Source of the DNA: Zancudomyces culisetae HAW-14-8
Taxonomy: Eukaryota; Fungi; Kickxellomycota
DNA length: 64,000 bases
Reading direction: 5' to 3'
NCBI GenBank assembly: GCA_052426225.1
Contig: JBNJNM010000006.1
Coordinates: 1,302,001-1,366,000 of the forward strand
Part shown: piece after piece, positions 34,594 to 46,406 of the stretch
How the letters are laid out: each line of letters begins with the position of its first letter
Numbering within the stretch: the stretch's first letter is position 1
Program-made: the position numbers and the translations under genes
The notes under the pieces: generated by a model
Databases searched by the model: none
What the model was told of the DNA's origin: nothing
Seen by the model: only the letters and a program-made list of their open reading frames with translations

Positions 34594-35461
34594 TTAAGGC
34601 TGGTGAAAAGCACTGTGTTTTTGTCCTTTAAAGAAGATAAACCGAACTTTCAAGAACGTATTAGGCGATTTTGTTTGTCTTTTTTTTTTGTTTGTTCGGC
34701 TTAATCATGGTTAGGATTTACGATTAAATTCGCTCGGGCTTGGTTTTATTTATACAACAGTTAATGTGGATTAAGCCACATTGGAATACACAAAGAGATA
34801 AATCATAATCTACAAACACTAACAATCAGCCATCTATCAACTACTCTTGTGAATAAAAAACAATATTTTGTTGTTATAAAATCCGAGGCTTTTGCAAAAA
34901 AAAAAAAAAAAACAAAACAAAGCAAAGTTGTATAAGCGATTTACCTTGATAAGATTATACTTGATTCAATTCCTAAAACGCCCAAAAATCAGCTTAATAA
35001 CCCTTTTTAGTGGTTGACATTGTCAATCATGATTGTAGATATTTAGGATTATCTATTTTAGTGCATGCGTATAGTGATTAATGAGGTGAGTATATTTCCC
35101 TGTTCAAAAGCATAGCAAAGTAAATGGGGCGAGGAAATTAACCTGATGAACATCCAGACCAAGAGTAAAATGATAGGCTAGAACCGAGCACTTTTACCAT
35201 GATTACTTTGAAGCATCCACCACAAAGTGTGTAATCTTCTTCACTATTAGTAGGTATCACATATCCAAGCTAATAAACAAGTAGCAGTAAATTTTTTTTA
35301 TATCCGGTCTAGCATGCCTTAAAATAGCCAAATCATTTAGCTATATAATGTTTTCAAGCTCATTGGTGTAAAACCCAGACATTGAATAAAATCTTCTCTA
35401 ATACACGATGGTGAATCGAATTCTTTATAAAAAAAAGATAACCAGATCAATTCATCTTGAT

Positions 35462-36043
35462 TCAATAGTTTCGCAAATTTAGATTACACACAGGGCAGTT
35501 CGTCGAGCGGCTCAGTAAGTGGTAGTCCAAGCATGAGACATGAAACGGGTGTCTGCATTGTATAGAGCGAACAAGAGTTCCCTGTGGAATTTGGTTACCA
35601 CATAAACGACAGTGCACTTCAGCGCCCACCACACCTCCTGGCTCATCTCTCTGATTTAAAAATGTGATCGGAAATTGTTCCAGCTCTTGTGGAGAGTTAA
35701 ACAGGGTTGGCGTATACTTTGGTGGATATAGATCCCTGGGATGTTTATTTTCAACACTGGGCATTGGCATAGCAATGGTTTGAATATACCCAGTATTTGC
35801 TCCCGCTTTGAGTATATCAGGGACATGGTTTTCAGGTACCGTCGACTCTCCCTGAGCCTGCCTAGCTCGATCTGCGAATTTTCTCCGCCAGGCTCTTTTG
35901 CATATTGTGACTATTACTATTATTACAATCGAAATACCTACAATAATGCCAATTCTGGCACCAAATGACATTCCTGGTTTGGACATATTTGGATATATAC
36001 TATAAGACAGATCTAGGTATACAAAGGCTAGAGTTATTAACAT
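35462..36043 (-). CDS. Transmembrane RING-H2 protein (ATL-like E3 ligase); start uncertain
   Basis: TM segment IGIIVGISIVIIVIVTIC, a basic patch, and CRLC-x14-CRHPFH-x2-C-x11-CPVC. Confidence 0.8.
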   Translation of the reverse strand: MLITLAFVYLDLSYSIYPNMSKPGMSFGARIGIIVGISIVIIVIVTICKRAWRRKFADRARQAQGESTVPENHVPDILKAGANTGYIQTIAMPMPSVENKHPRDLYPPKYTPTLFNSPQELEQFPITFLNQRDEPGGVVGAEVHCRLCGNQIPQGTLVRSIQCRHPFHVSCLDYHLLSRSTNCPVCNLNLRNY

Positions 36044-37865
36044 TTAGTAAACTTTGTAACCAGAATTAAAACAGGCCAGTTTTTGGTTTAGATATTCTTC
36101 GTGGAACTATAAAAAGACCGTATAAACTGTAAAAAATAAAAGATAGTTCTAATGCTTTAGAACTTTGTTTCAAGAGGTTCTACAAAGTATTCTATCGAAA
36201 AGCAAAGTCTAGATCTTTTTTTCCCCGAACACAGAAATTATCATTCCAATTCAGGAAATAACAAGTTTATTATTTAATTTACAACTTAATTATATAAGAT
36301 CGACATGTTAAAGAGCACTATGTATGTAATACCTGAAATCTGTGGTAAAAAAAAAAGAGGATCCAGAAACATTTCCAGTTCTTTTTTATATGAATTTGAG
36401 GTTTCGAACTCCGCAATAGAACAATGATTTTAGTTAGATATCGGTTCCAGGATTTATATTTGAAGATTTGAACCCTAGCCAGCTCCGTTAATCTGTTGGG
36501 ATATTTAGAGTATTTCTTGGTCTTATGGATTTTCTGCAACACATAAAATTCGACCCAAATAAAAAATATAGCGGTAAATAAGAAATAGTAATGTTCTAGT
36601 TAACCGTTTTAAAAAAAAGCAAACCACTACTCTATTTATTTCTTGCTTTAATAGGCCAACTGTTGTATATTTGTTCCGATAAAGGAAAAACTTGGAGGGG
36701 GGGGTTAGGATGGCACTATTGTTGAAATATAATGTGTGATATGCCCATTTGTGTAATTTTCTGGTAGCTGTTTGTACAAGCGAAATCGATCTAAACCATG
36801 AATATCTGGAAATGTTATAGAAACTGAAAAAAATAAGCGAGTAAACAAAAAAAAGGGAAGATTGCACAGGAGTAAATTGGTTCACATAGCACAAAGTAGG
36901 TAAAACCTTATTATTTTAGATAATGGAGATAATAATGATTCATTTAAAGGCTGCAGAGCTTCGAGTATATCTAAACACAGAAACTATTGCACTATTTAAA
37001 ATACGTGCTCTAGTAACAACAGGAATCGCTGTGCGTTACAGAATTAGAATAATGTTCTATTTTCTAGTTCTATTTTCATGTTCTATATCTTTTTTCATTG
37101 TTGTAACTTTGGAAGAGAACATCAAGACACAAGAAAAACTTTTGTTATTACATGGATACTGAAGAGATTTGTTCAGTTTTTCTCTTTTAGCATGCACTTT
37201 TAAAGTTAAGACCTAGAAAAAATAAAAGCATGGCTTTATGTTAGAAGCTATTTACAGTCCCCTACATCAACTCAATGTCTTTAAATGTGTAAATATGTAT
37301 AAAAGCATTTTTTAGTGAGTTGTAGATAGAAAAAAAAAGCTAGATGTTCAAATTATTGGGAAGCTAACCATGAATATACGGAGATAAGCCCGTGTTAGTT
37401 GACTAAGAATATATCTTCTTGAACATAATTTGGTGTGGTGGTGCTTAAACACCATTTTCGTTATATTTGGGGGGAGAAGGAGAAATCTGGTTATATAGTA
37501 AGCTCAAAAGAAAGTAGTCACATTTATGGTTGATCTGGTGCTAAGAGTGTAAAGTTATCACCATTAAGCAAGGGATATTGGTGCCATTGTGTCAAAATAG
37601 GCCCTGATTAACTTAAATGGATATTTATATGATATATTTTCTATTGTCGTTCAATTTTGGCTAACTGAATACAGTATGATAAAACAATAAATCAAGCAGA
37701 ATGTTAATACCAAGTTAATATATATAGATACAAAAAAGAAAAAAAAAATAGAAAATCACACAACTAGATAAAGAAAATGTAACCTAGGCACCTAACAGTA
37801 ATGTACAACAGTATCGTAAGTAATAAAAATGAAGGGAATCTGAAAGCCAAAAGATGTAATGATGG

Positions 37866-39635
37866 CTAGTTACGGATTTGAAATACCAACTCATGCTTGC
37901 TTTTGATATCATAGAAAATCGAGTCATTTAACGGGTTTGTATTTACATAGCCATGATTACCCAGCAGGCTTTTATGTTTGACTCTAAAATTTCTAATGAC
38001 AAGGGCCATTATAAGCTTCATGGTATAGATTGTATACAGTTTGGAGGGACAAGCGGCGGTACCAATACCCCAAATGGCAGCATCCGCTTCGCTATGCAAG
38101 AGTGTGGTACCAAGACGAATGTGTCGTTTGTAGTCAAAGGTAGACGGTTTTGTACCATATGCTTCTGCGGTTCTATTGTAGGCATGGATATTTACACCCA
38201 CGTATTGATTCTTTTTGATTGTTACACCGTTTGATAAAACAATGTCTCTGACACAGGCCCTGGGCATAAGTGCACTTGTAGGGGAATATCTAATAGATTC
38301 TTTCAAATAGGCATCCAAGAGTACCATTTGATCAATAACGTCCATTGTAATCGCATTTGTTGCGCCACTGTACTTGTCGATTAGCATTTGTTGCTCGGCT
38401 ACAAGTTCTTCGTAAATATTTGGGCGTAGGCTGAGGTTCACAAGGGCAGAGTATAATTTAATCGACAGTAGCACAACAGCCAACTCCATTGCACTTTGTA
38501 AGGCAAAGACAATCTCATTTATACTTGTGGAAAATGTATCCTTGTTATCTGCTATATACTGAATTATATCTACAGGTTTTTTGTATTCTGGAAGATAAGA
38601 TCGCCGTTTTAACTCAAGCTCATAGTATTCCAATGTATAGTTTTCGCCCAATATTCCTTGTTTAAACAGTGCGTTGTATAGTGTCTCATCATTAATCACT
38701 CCAGTATTTGTATCTGTCGACTCGACTATACTTTCAATTAGATCGGCGTCCTTTATTACTCGTGTTCCAAAGTACCTATACGACACTGCAAATGTTGCAA
38801 TTCTTTTTATTACCAAATAGCATTCAGAAACTGATATTTCATGTTCGTTCATTTTTTCCCCTGCCGATGTAATTAATATTCTGATAATCCTATCCAGCCT
38901 ACCCTGGATGGATTCTACCGACTCTTTTAAATCAACTTGTGACATAAACGATGCCAGAGTACGTACATGCATATTGAAATGAAGCACTTCTCTACTCATA
39001 CTCACTGAAAATTTGCTTCGTTGAGAGAGATGTCCCTTAGCTTTATTTATCACTGATTGTGGGAGCGCCACGTACTCTGAAAACATTTTCCCCCCTATAT
39101 AAAGCTCCTTGTTCCTTCCCTTCACATTAACTTCACATACACTTTCATTCAGTTTTTTCCAGTGCTCGTCCGTAATATCGTCTGCTATACTATCATCGCT
39201 GTAGAAAAATGCAAACTCTTTGTGGCTAACTGTTCGAATACCATAGGGCACAGCATCCTCTATTAGCGTCTTCCGTATTTGATAAAGTACCGACCCGACA
39301 CAGCATGCTGTTAGTGATAGGTTTTTTACAACTAGAAAAAAGTGTCTTGCATTCGAGTCAAGCCCGAGTTGTTCTAAATATTCTTCAAAGTTGTATATCA
39401 ATAGCGGCAACCAGGCCAAATTTACCAGGATTCGAACATATCTATTGGAAATCGTCTGCCTTTTTAGATTTTCTAGAAACTCTTCGGATGGAAGGTGGTA
39501 TATAACTAAAAAATGCAGATATGATAGTGCACTGAGAAGCTTAGTAGTGTGACTTTCAAACATCCTTGGACTCAATCTCGAAATTTTACAGTTCACCAAT
39601 TCGGAATTGTAGCTTTCTTTTTCAATAACGGACAT
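37866..39635 (-). CDS. Divergent cytochrome P450
   Basis: ExxR (ESIR), K-helix context LLDAYLKE, meander FDYKRH, and heme loop WGIGTAACPS near the C-terminus. Confidence 0.8.
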   Translation of the reverse strand: MSVIEKESYNSELVNCKISRLSPRMFESHTTKLLSALSYLHFLVIYHLPSEEFLENLKRQTISNRYVRILVNLAWLPLLIYNFEEYLEQLGLDSNARHFFLVVKNLSLTACCVGSVLYQIRKTLIEDAVPYGIRTVSHKEFAFFYSDDSIADDITDEHWKKLNESVCEVNVKGRNKELYIGGKMFSEYVALPQSVINKAKGHLSQRSKFSVSMSREVLHFNMHVRTLASFMSQVDLKESVESIQGRLDRIIRILITSAGEKMNEHEISVSECYLVIKRIATFAVSYRYFGTRVIKDADLIESIVESTDTNTGVINDETLYNALFKQGILGENYTLEYYELELKRRSYLPEYKKPVDIIQYIADNKDTFSTSINEIVFALQSAMELAVVLLSIKLYSALVNLSLRPNIYEELVAEQQMLIDKYSGATNAITMDVIDQMVLLDAYLKESIRYSPTSALMPRACVRDIVLSNGVTIKKNQYVGVNIHAYNRTAEAYGTKPSTFDYKRHIRLGTTLLHSEADAAIWGIGTAACPSKLYTIYTMKLIMALVIRNFRVKHKSLLGNHGYVNTNPLNDSIFYDIKSKHELVFQIRN

Positions 39636-41168
39636 ACTGAAATCTCAAGGGTATTATTTTTTTGCATTGTCTACTATCAAGTACGGAGATACTTTAAATC
39701 ACTTTCACCTTTTTTGCCGACGGTTGTTACACTAATTCAGCCATTATTGCTATAAAAATGATGGAAGAAAAGAAAAAATCAAGTGGGTTAACAGTATTAC
39801 ATAATTCATTACAAGTTTCTTATATTCGTATAAGCTGGAGGCCGAATTTATTGGTACAAAAACTAAAGGTATAAACACCAACTCATCAAGCAAAAAAAAA
39901 AAGGAAAAAAAAACGATGAAAGCGCTAGTATGCCTCGATTTCCGAATTATCCCAGCAATTAACCGAGCTTGTTAGCTTTGGTATTTTTTGTTATCATGTG
40001 TTTCAAGTTTATGAGAATTGACATCAATTTATTTTAATATCTTCCGCTAAATTTCTTGCAAAATATCATCTGAGAATTACAAATTTTAACATAACTTATT
40101 TGGGTTTGAGTTGACCTAAATTCTAGGCAAATAATAATAGTCGAAAATATGTGGGAAACATTTATCCAAAGTTGTGTTTAATTAATTGATGTAAAATTAA
40201 ACAAAATCGGCTTATTCGAACAAAAAGAAACATGATTGATGAGTAAACCTTGGATGTAATTGTTATTGCCCATTGGCCAGTTTGTTGAAAAGATGAAACC
40301 GAAAGATTTAGAATATCAATATATACGCTCTAAAAAAACATTTTTTTTAGTGCAGATTCACCTTGTTAATAAGAACATGGGTGTATTTTACGTTTATGAA
40401 TATCAACCCGTTTTGAATAAGGGATTTGTACTTTCTCCAAAAATTGAATTAGGATAACGTTGACTAGAATGCATAGGTTTGGAACCAAAAAAAAGTAGAA
40501 ATGCATCAACAAAAGTCATTAGTACATCTAAAACGAATATCTCTAACAGCCATGCTTATTACTTATCAAAAGCAATGCGTAATATTAAGTAAGCGCGGTT
40601 GAAATGATGAATAAAAGCAGTCAAAGTTATTGATGCTGACATCATTATTTGAAAAAAATAAAAGAAAACATTTAGATAATGGGTCAACTCACTTTTGAAC
40701 AAATGTTTTGTGTGTATTTAACATTGGTGAGTTGGAGAGGTGTTTGCTTGTTATATATTTTACGCAAAATTCTATTTCTTTTTTATGACAGTGATTTATG
40801 TTATATATAATAGGTTCGCTTTGTGAAAAATTCGACCTTTATTATTATTATTTTTGCTTAATGATATGCGTCAAATTGAAATAAAATGCGCTTTAATCCA
40901 CCCAATAAATGAACGTTTGACATATACACACATGAATCTGAGTGGTTGCGTTGCGGAAAATCATGTATTTTCGGACCACAGACACCCAGGCGGCCCTTCC
41001 TTTCCCCCCAACATGTTTTGGCCACCAACAATTTATTTTTGTCTTATCAGTTTACCATTTCTTCGCCATCAGATTTTAACATAATTATTCTTTTTTTATA
41101 ATTTTTAGAAGCTACAGCCAGGGCTTTTAGTAGGGACAAAACCGATCCAGGATATTTAAGTCTAGAAG

Positions 41169-42427
41169 ATGAGCAGAGTATTTATAACTTCCGCAGGTAG
41201 GCATATAATTAATACAAAAGCTTAATTAGCCGGAACATACTACTTGTTGAAAATGTACTTAATCAGGAAATGTATTGTGTTTATTTTATTTTAGTGCGAA
41301 CTCCAACAGGAAGCTTCCTAGGAGGCCTAAAGAGTGAAAGTGCAGTTAAACTCGGCTCTGTAGCGATACGAGGCGCACTAGAAAAAATCAAAGTGGGCGG
41401 TGAAAAGGTAGATGAAGTATTTATGGGGAGTGTTCTGCAGGGTGGGCTTAAGCAGGCACCAGTAACACAGGCAATGTTAGGGGCAGGGATACCATATACC
41501 ACACCATCTACCACCGTTAACAAGGTTTGCGCTAGTGGGATGAAGTCCGTGATGTTTGGTGCACAGGCCATCCAACTGAAGCAAGCAAATGTTATAGTGG
41601 CAGGAGGAATGGAAAGCATGTCCAACGCACCATACCTTGTTCCAAGGGGACTCACTTATGGAATGCAGCAGCTTAGCGATATGATTATTCACGATGGATT
41701 GTTGGATCCCTACGATAACATTTCTATGGGATTGTGTACAGAAGAAGTTGCCGAAAAACACAACATCACCCGTGAAATGCAAGACGCCTATTCAGTAGCA
41801 TCATATGAAAGGGCACAAGAAGCACATAAGAACGGCTTGTTTGCAGAAGAGATAGTGCCTGTAGAAATTCAGTCAAGAAAAGGGAAAACAGTGGTAGAAA
41901 GTGATGAAGAGATATTTAAGGTCAAGTTCGATAAAGTCAGCGAGGTCAAGCCAGTGTTTAAAAAGGATGGAACTATAACAGTAATTAGTGCAAGTAAGAT
42001 TAGCGATGGAGCAAGTGCAATGGTTTTGATGGGCGAGGATGCTGTACAAAAGTCAGGCGTCAAACCTTTGGCTGAGATTATCTCATATGCCGATGCAGCT
42101 ACAAAGCCCAAACACTTTGCTACTGCACCACTGCTTGCGATCCCCATAGCACTAAAAAGAGCCAACTTGGCTTTGAAGGACATAGCCAAATGGGAGCTCA
42201 ACGAAGCCTTCTCAGTTGTGCCTCTACTAGCTACTAAGGTGTTTGGAATTGACCACAGTATCATAAACACTCGAGGTAGTGGAATTTCTCTGGGCCATCC
42301 TTTGGGTTCTTCAGGCTCAAGAATCTTGGTTACACTTACCCACATGTTGAAACAAAATGAATATGGCTGTGCTGCTATTTGCAATGGTGGAGGTGGTGCC
42401 AGTGCAGTTATTATTAAAAAACTATAA
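41169..42427 (+). CDS. ERG10: Acetyl-CoA C-acetyltransferase (thiolase); exons 41169-41196 and 41295-42427
   Basis: Spliced N-terminus MSRVFITSAVRTP; motifs NKVCASG, NEAF, GHPLG and CNGGGG. Confidence 0.93.
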
Positions 42428-42614
42428 TTTATTGCCTTTTTTTGTTTTTGTTTTTCTTTTTCTATATCTTTGATACAAAATTGTTTCTCGTTTTTGTAAA
42501 AGGCTGATTTAGTTATAAACCATTAAATTATTTGCATAAGGTGAAAACTGAATTTGTGGGATTAATTGAAACGAAACTAGAATAAAATTAAAATTCAATT
42601 CCGTAATATATCAG

Positions 42615-44525
42615 ATGAGTACAATATATATCCAGGAGCCTTCGACAAAGTAAGAGTTTTCTTTTTCATTCGAACCTGAAATGATTGAGCGAGTATTGTA
42701 AAATCACAAAAATTCGGAGCTAAAAACTGAATCTCAATTTTTAGAGGGAAGGTTAACATTATAACGAGCACAGGAGAGATAGAGGTAGAGTTATGGCCCA
42801 AGGAAGCACCCAAAGCCTGTAGAAACTTTGTTCAGCTCTGTTTAGAGGGATACTATAATAACACTGTGTTTCATCGAGTTGTTCCAATGTTTATAGTTCA
42901 GGGAGGCGATCCCACAGGGACAGGAGAAGGTACCAGTATTCTGTAGCAAACTTTAATAAATACATATATATATATACCATGTATGCTAATACAGCTGGAC
43001 AAACTGGTATTTTTTAGGTGGTGATTCAGTGTACGAAGAGGATTTTGGATTAGAGATTCATTCCCGTCTCAGATTTAATCGGAGAGGTTTGCTGGCTATG
43101 GCAAGCAACGATGAAGGAAAGAATGGTTCACAATTTTTTATAACTCTGGCAGCCACCCCAGAGTTACAAACAAAGCATACCATCTTTGGTACAGTAAGTA
43201 TTTCCACAAGAAAATATAATCTTTTGTTTAAATAAACCGTTTTTTTGAAAGTCTAAGGAATAAAGTTGAAAGAATGAGAATATACATACTAAATCAAGGT
43301 AAAAACAACGCTGTAGGTTGTTGGTGATACCATATTTAATGTTCTAAAACTAGCTGAAGGAGAAGTTGACACAGCGACAGAAAGGCCCTTGTATCCCAAA
43401 AAAATTACAAGAACAGATGTTATAAACAACCCTTTTGAGGATATTGTTCCCAGAATTACAGCTAAGGATCGAGAAGCGATGAAGAGCAGAAAAAACGAAG
43501 GTACAAAGCATGGATCACGACATGTTGATTCCCGGTTTAAGTAAGCACAATATGAATTCTTTTTTGTATAGTCAAGCGGATTACATCAATTTTTGAGCAC
43601 CATTCACTTATTGTTTGAATAACTACCTAGAAACAAACGCATGTTGACATTCGACGACCCTAGCGAAGACGAAGGAGAGGTTTTTAAAGTCAAAAGCATT
43701 TATGATTTAAATGACAAGGGTATCTTACCCACAACATCCAAAGGCAGAAGGAAGTCCAAGAAAAAAGACGAAGATGGGTCTAATAAAGCAGTGAAGCTTG
43801 ATAAGGACTCACATATCCCCAGTCTAGCTTCTAACTCACTTTCATCAGCACCAACTCGGAAGCTTGGAGATAATAATGACATATCAAATGCAGGTTTAGA
43901 CCCCCAGCTAGAATCTATGATAGAAAACCCCGTTAACACTAATGAAGATCTTCTGAATAATACCTCGCAATCTACCATCAAACCCGCTATACAAGAAGAG
44001 CCGCATACAAGAGTAACCACCGACATCGATGCTAACTCCAATGCTAATTCAAACACTAATCCCAGTAAAAAGTCATCAAAAGTACACCCCGATGACAAGC
44101 ATGTTAAATCTTCCAGCATCTCTTCCGAACTTGAAAAGTACAAGAAAAAGGCTCAGCTCCCTAAGAAAAGCAACTCTGACTACCAGACAAAGTTATTTCA
44201 AAAACTATCATTTTTCAAATCAAAGCTTCAGTCAAAGGACGCCGCTATTGGTGATTCAGAGCCCAAACGTCAAACCCCAACAGAGCATAGCGCGTGTAAA
44301 TTACACGGTATTTCCAATTGCGGTTCTTGTAACAAGCATGTTGCGGTAGGCGAAGAGCTTCCAGATACAACTGGAAGTAATTGGATGAACCATACACTTG
44401 ATTTTGGCGCATCTAACCCCAAGAAAGAGAAAAGCAGCTATGCCCCAAAAGTCGAAGACTATGTAGTCATAGATCCTAGGGAAAAGGAAAAGCTTTATTC
44501 CAAAAACAAGACCTCCAAGTCGTGA
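42615..44525 (+). CDS. CWC27: Spliceosomal cyclophilin CWC27; exons 42615-42649, 42745-42929, 43018-43193, 43317-43540, 43631-44525
   Basis: Spliced translation MSTIYIQEPSTKGKV...ELWPKEAPKACRNFVQLCLEGYY...QGGDPTGTG...HSRLRFNRRGL...NGSQFFITL...VVGDTIFN...NPFEDIVPR...WMNHTLDF...DYVVIDPR. All four introns are GT-AG and frame-consistent. Confidence 0.93.
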
Positions 44526-46406
44526 GGTTTTTTTTCTTGTAGTTTCTTTTTTTTTTTGAAATGTAAGATTTTGAACACATTCACTTCGTTTGACATCTGT
44601 TAGAATTTGTCTCTAATGTAAATTTGTAAATATCCTTGTATACCTTGTACTTTAATTTTTTTAAAGAACACATTGCTATTTTACTATGGAGAGCGTCTTT
44701 TTATCAAAAGACAATTCTCCCTTGTTTGTTATCTTATTGATAGTTCAATGAAAAGATTTACTTGTGTTTGAGGAAGGATTTGGCTAAAATTGAAACCAAG
44801 TCAATTTTATAGCAGTTGAAACAGGCTTTCTTATGCAGGTGAGAGTAGATAGAAATGTTTAGCCTTGATTACAGTGCATACTACTTGCCTTATACTAACT
44901 GAAACGGGGATGGTATAGCGGGATTCAGTGCATGTTTTTTCCGTACTAGGCCATGGCGTATGTAGAATTTACGCTATAGGGCGCTTCATAATTCTTGGTT
45001 CATAATTGAGCTCAGAAGACTGTCATCATCATTGTTATGGTAGACAATAGCTATTTACAGATATAAACTAACAAATGCATCAAGATATAGTTAGCTCTAT
45101 CTTTCGTTGTTTGTTGTCTGTTGTTTGTTGTTTATTGCTGTTGTATTATTCATATATACTGATTGATATAAACCCAAAAAAATCTGGCTATAGTCATTGG
45201 GTATGAGGAAAGAACAAAGCTGATCAAATCGAATCATATCAAATCAGGTCGACAAACAAGTATGTGTCAGCTTTAGATTTACGAAAATAATCCAATCCGG
45301 TCAACAAAAACCGTCCTTGAGAGAAAAGAACACAAAAATCCGTTCTTCTAGCTTATAATGTCCACTTGGTTCAACTCTATAATAGAAAAAAGTGATTTTG
45401 TTTTACTGAATCAAATTATTAATGCACACAAATAGATTTACTTGGAATCCAATCCTGGGTATTTTGAATCGCTCTACCAACTGTAGCCCTCTAATTTCAG
45501 ACTAAATGATGACCTGGTTTTTTAACTCTTTCATATAACAAGCCCCAGGGGTTACTTTTGGCTGTTGGTATAGATTACCTATTTTTTCGCCTTTTTGCTT
45601 TAATGGTGAAGGTTATAACATTCTGATTATACACACTATTTGGCGATCAAAAATATCGCTAGTTAATCAAATAATTTAAACCCAATTTACATTTAATTTG
45701 CAATATGCCTTCAGTAAGCGTTATTTTTATTGGCGCATCCATGTCTTTCCATGCGTTTTTTTTTTGCTTGATGACAAACTCATCCATAACCTGATAAAAA
45801 AAACGATTAGAATGATGGAGTATAATCGCTTCTGGATTAGCCTGGAGTTTGTAAAGAACGAAAAAGCTTGTTTAGAAAAATAAAAAGCATGAGGAGGGAA
45901 AAAAGTTTAAAACCAAAAATTAATGAAACTGCTGAGATTACTGCAAGATCGTTGAAAAGTACTTAAAAGTACAAAGGCCAAGCAAATCGCACCAATTCAT
46001 CTATTTACAAGAAATATGCTTTAAAGTATCAAGCGAGTATGAATGTACCACTGATGGTGGTCTAACACAAATCTTAATGGAAATCTGTAAATATGGGATA
46101 AATAAAGCTCATATTCACCAAAAAAAACAACAAAATGGCGGGGTTTGTAGAGCACATCATGAATCATACCAAGTGCCAGCAGATATGTTAATCCAATATA
46201 GAGCATATGTATAGTTCTAAATTTGAGTATAACTTACATTTTTCAAGCGAACAACGTTGTTAAGTTAAATGGAAAACAAAAAGCTATATAAATAGTACAC
46301 ATCGAGCCGTGAGTTTTGTTCTATACTCATTCGAAAAATCTACTAAATTATTTTTACCTCAAGTTCGCTTTGGCAAAGAACAAAGTAGAGCTCTTTTGAT
46401 TTTAAA

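Noticed and set aside
41270-41294. ORF-track start of the thiolase (MYCVYFIL)
   Set aside because: Lies within the intron 41197-41294; the spliced start at 41169 gives a canonical thiolase N-terminus.
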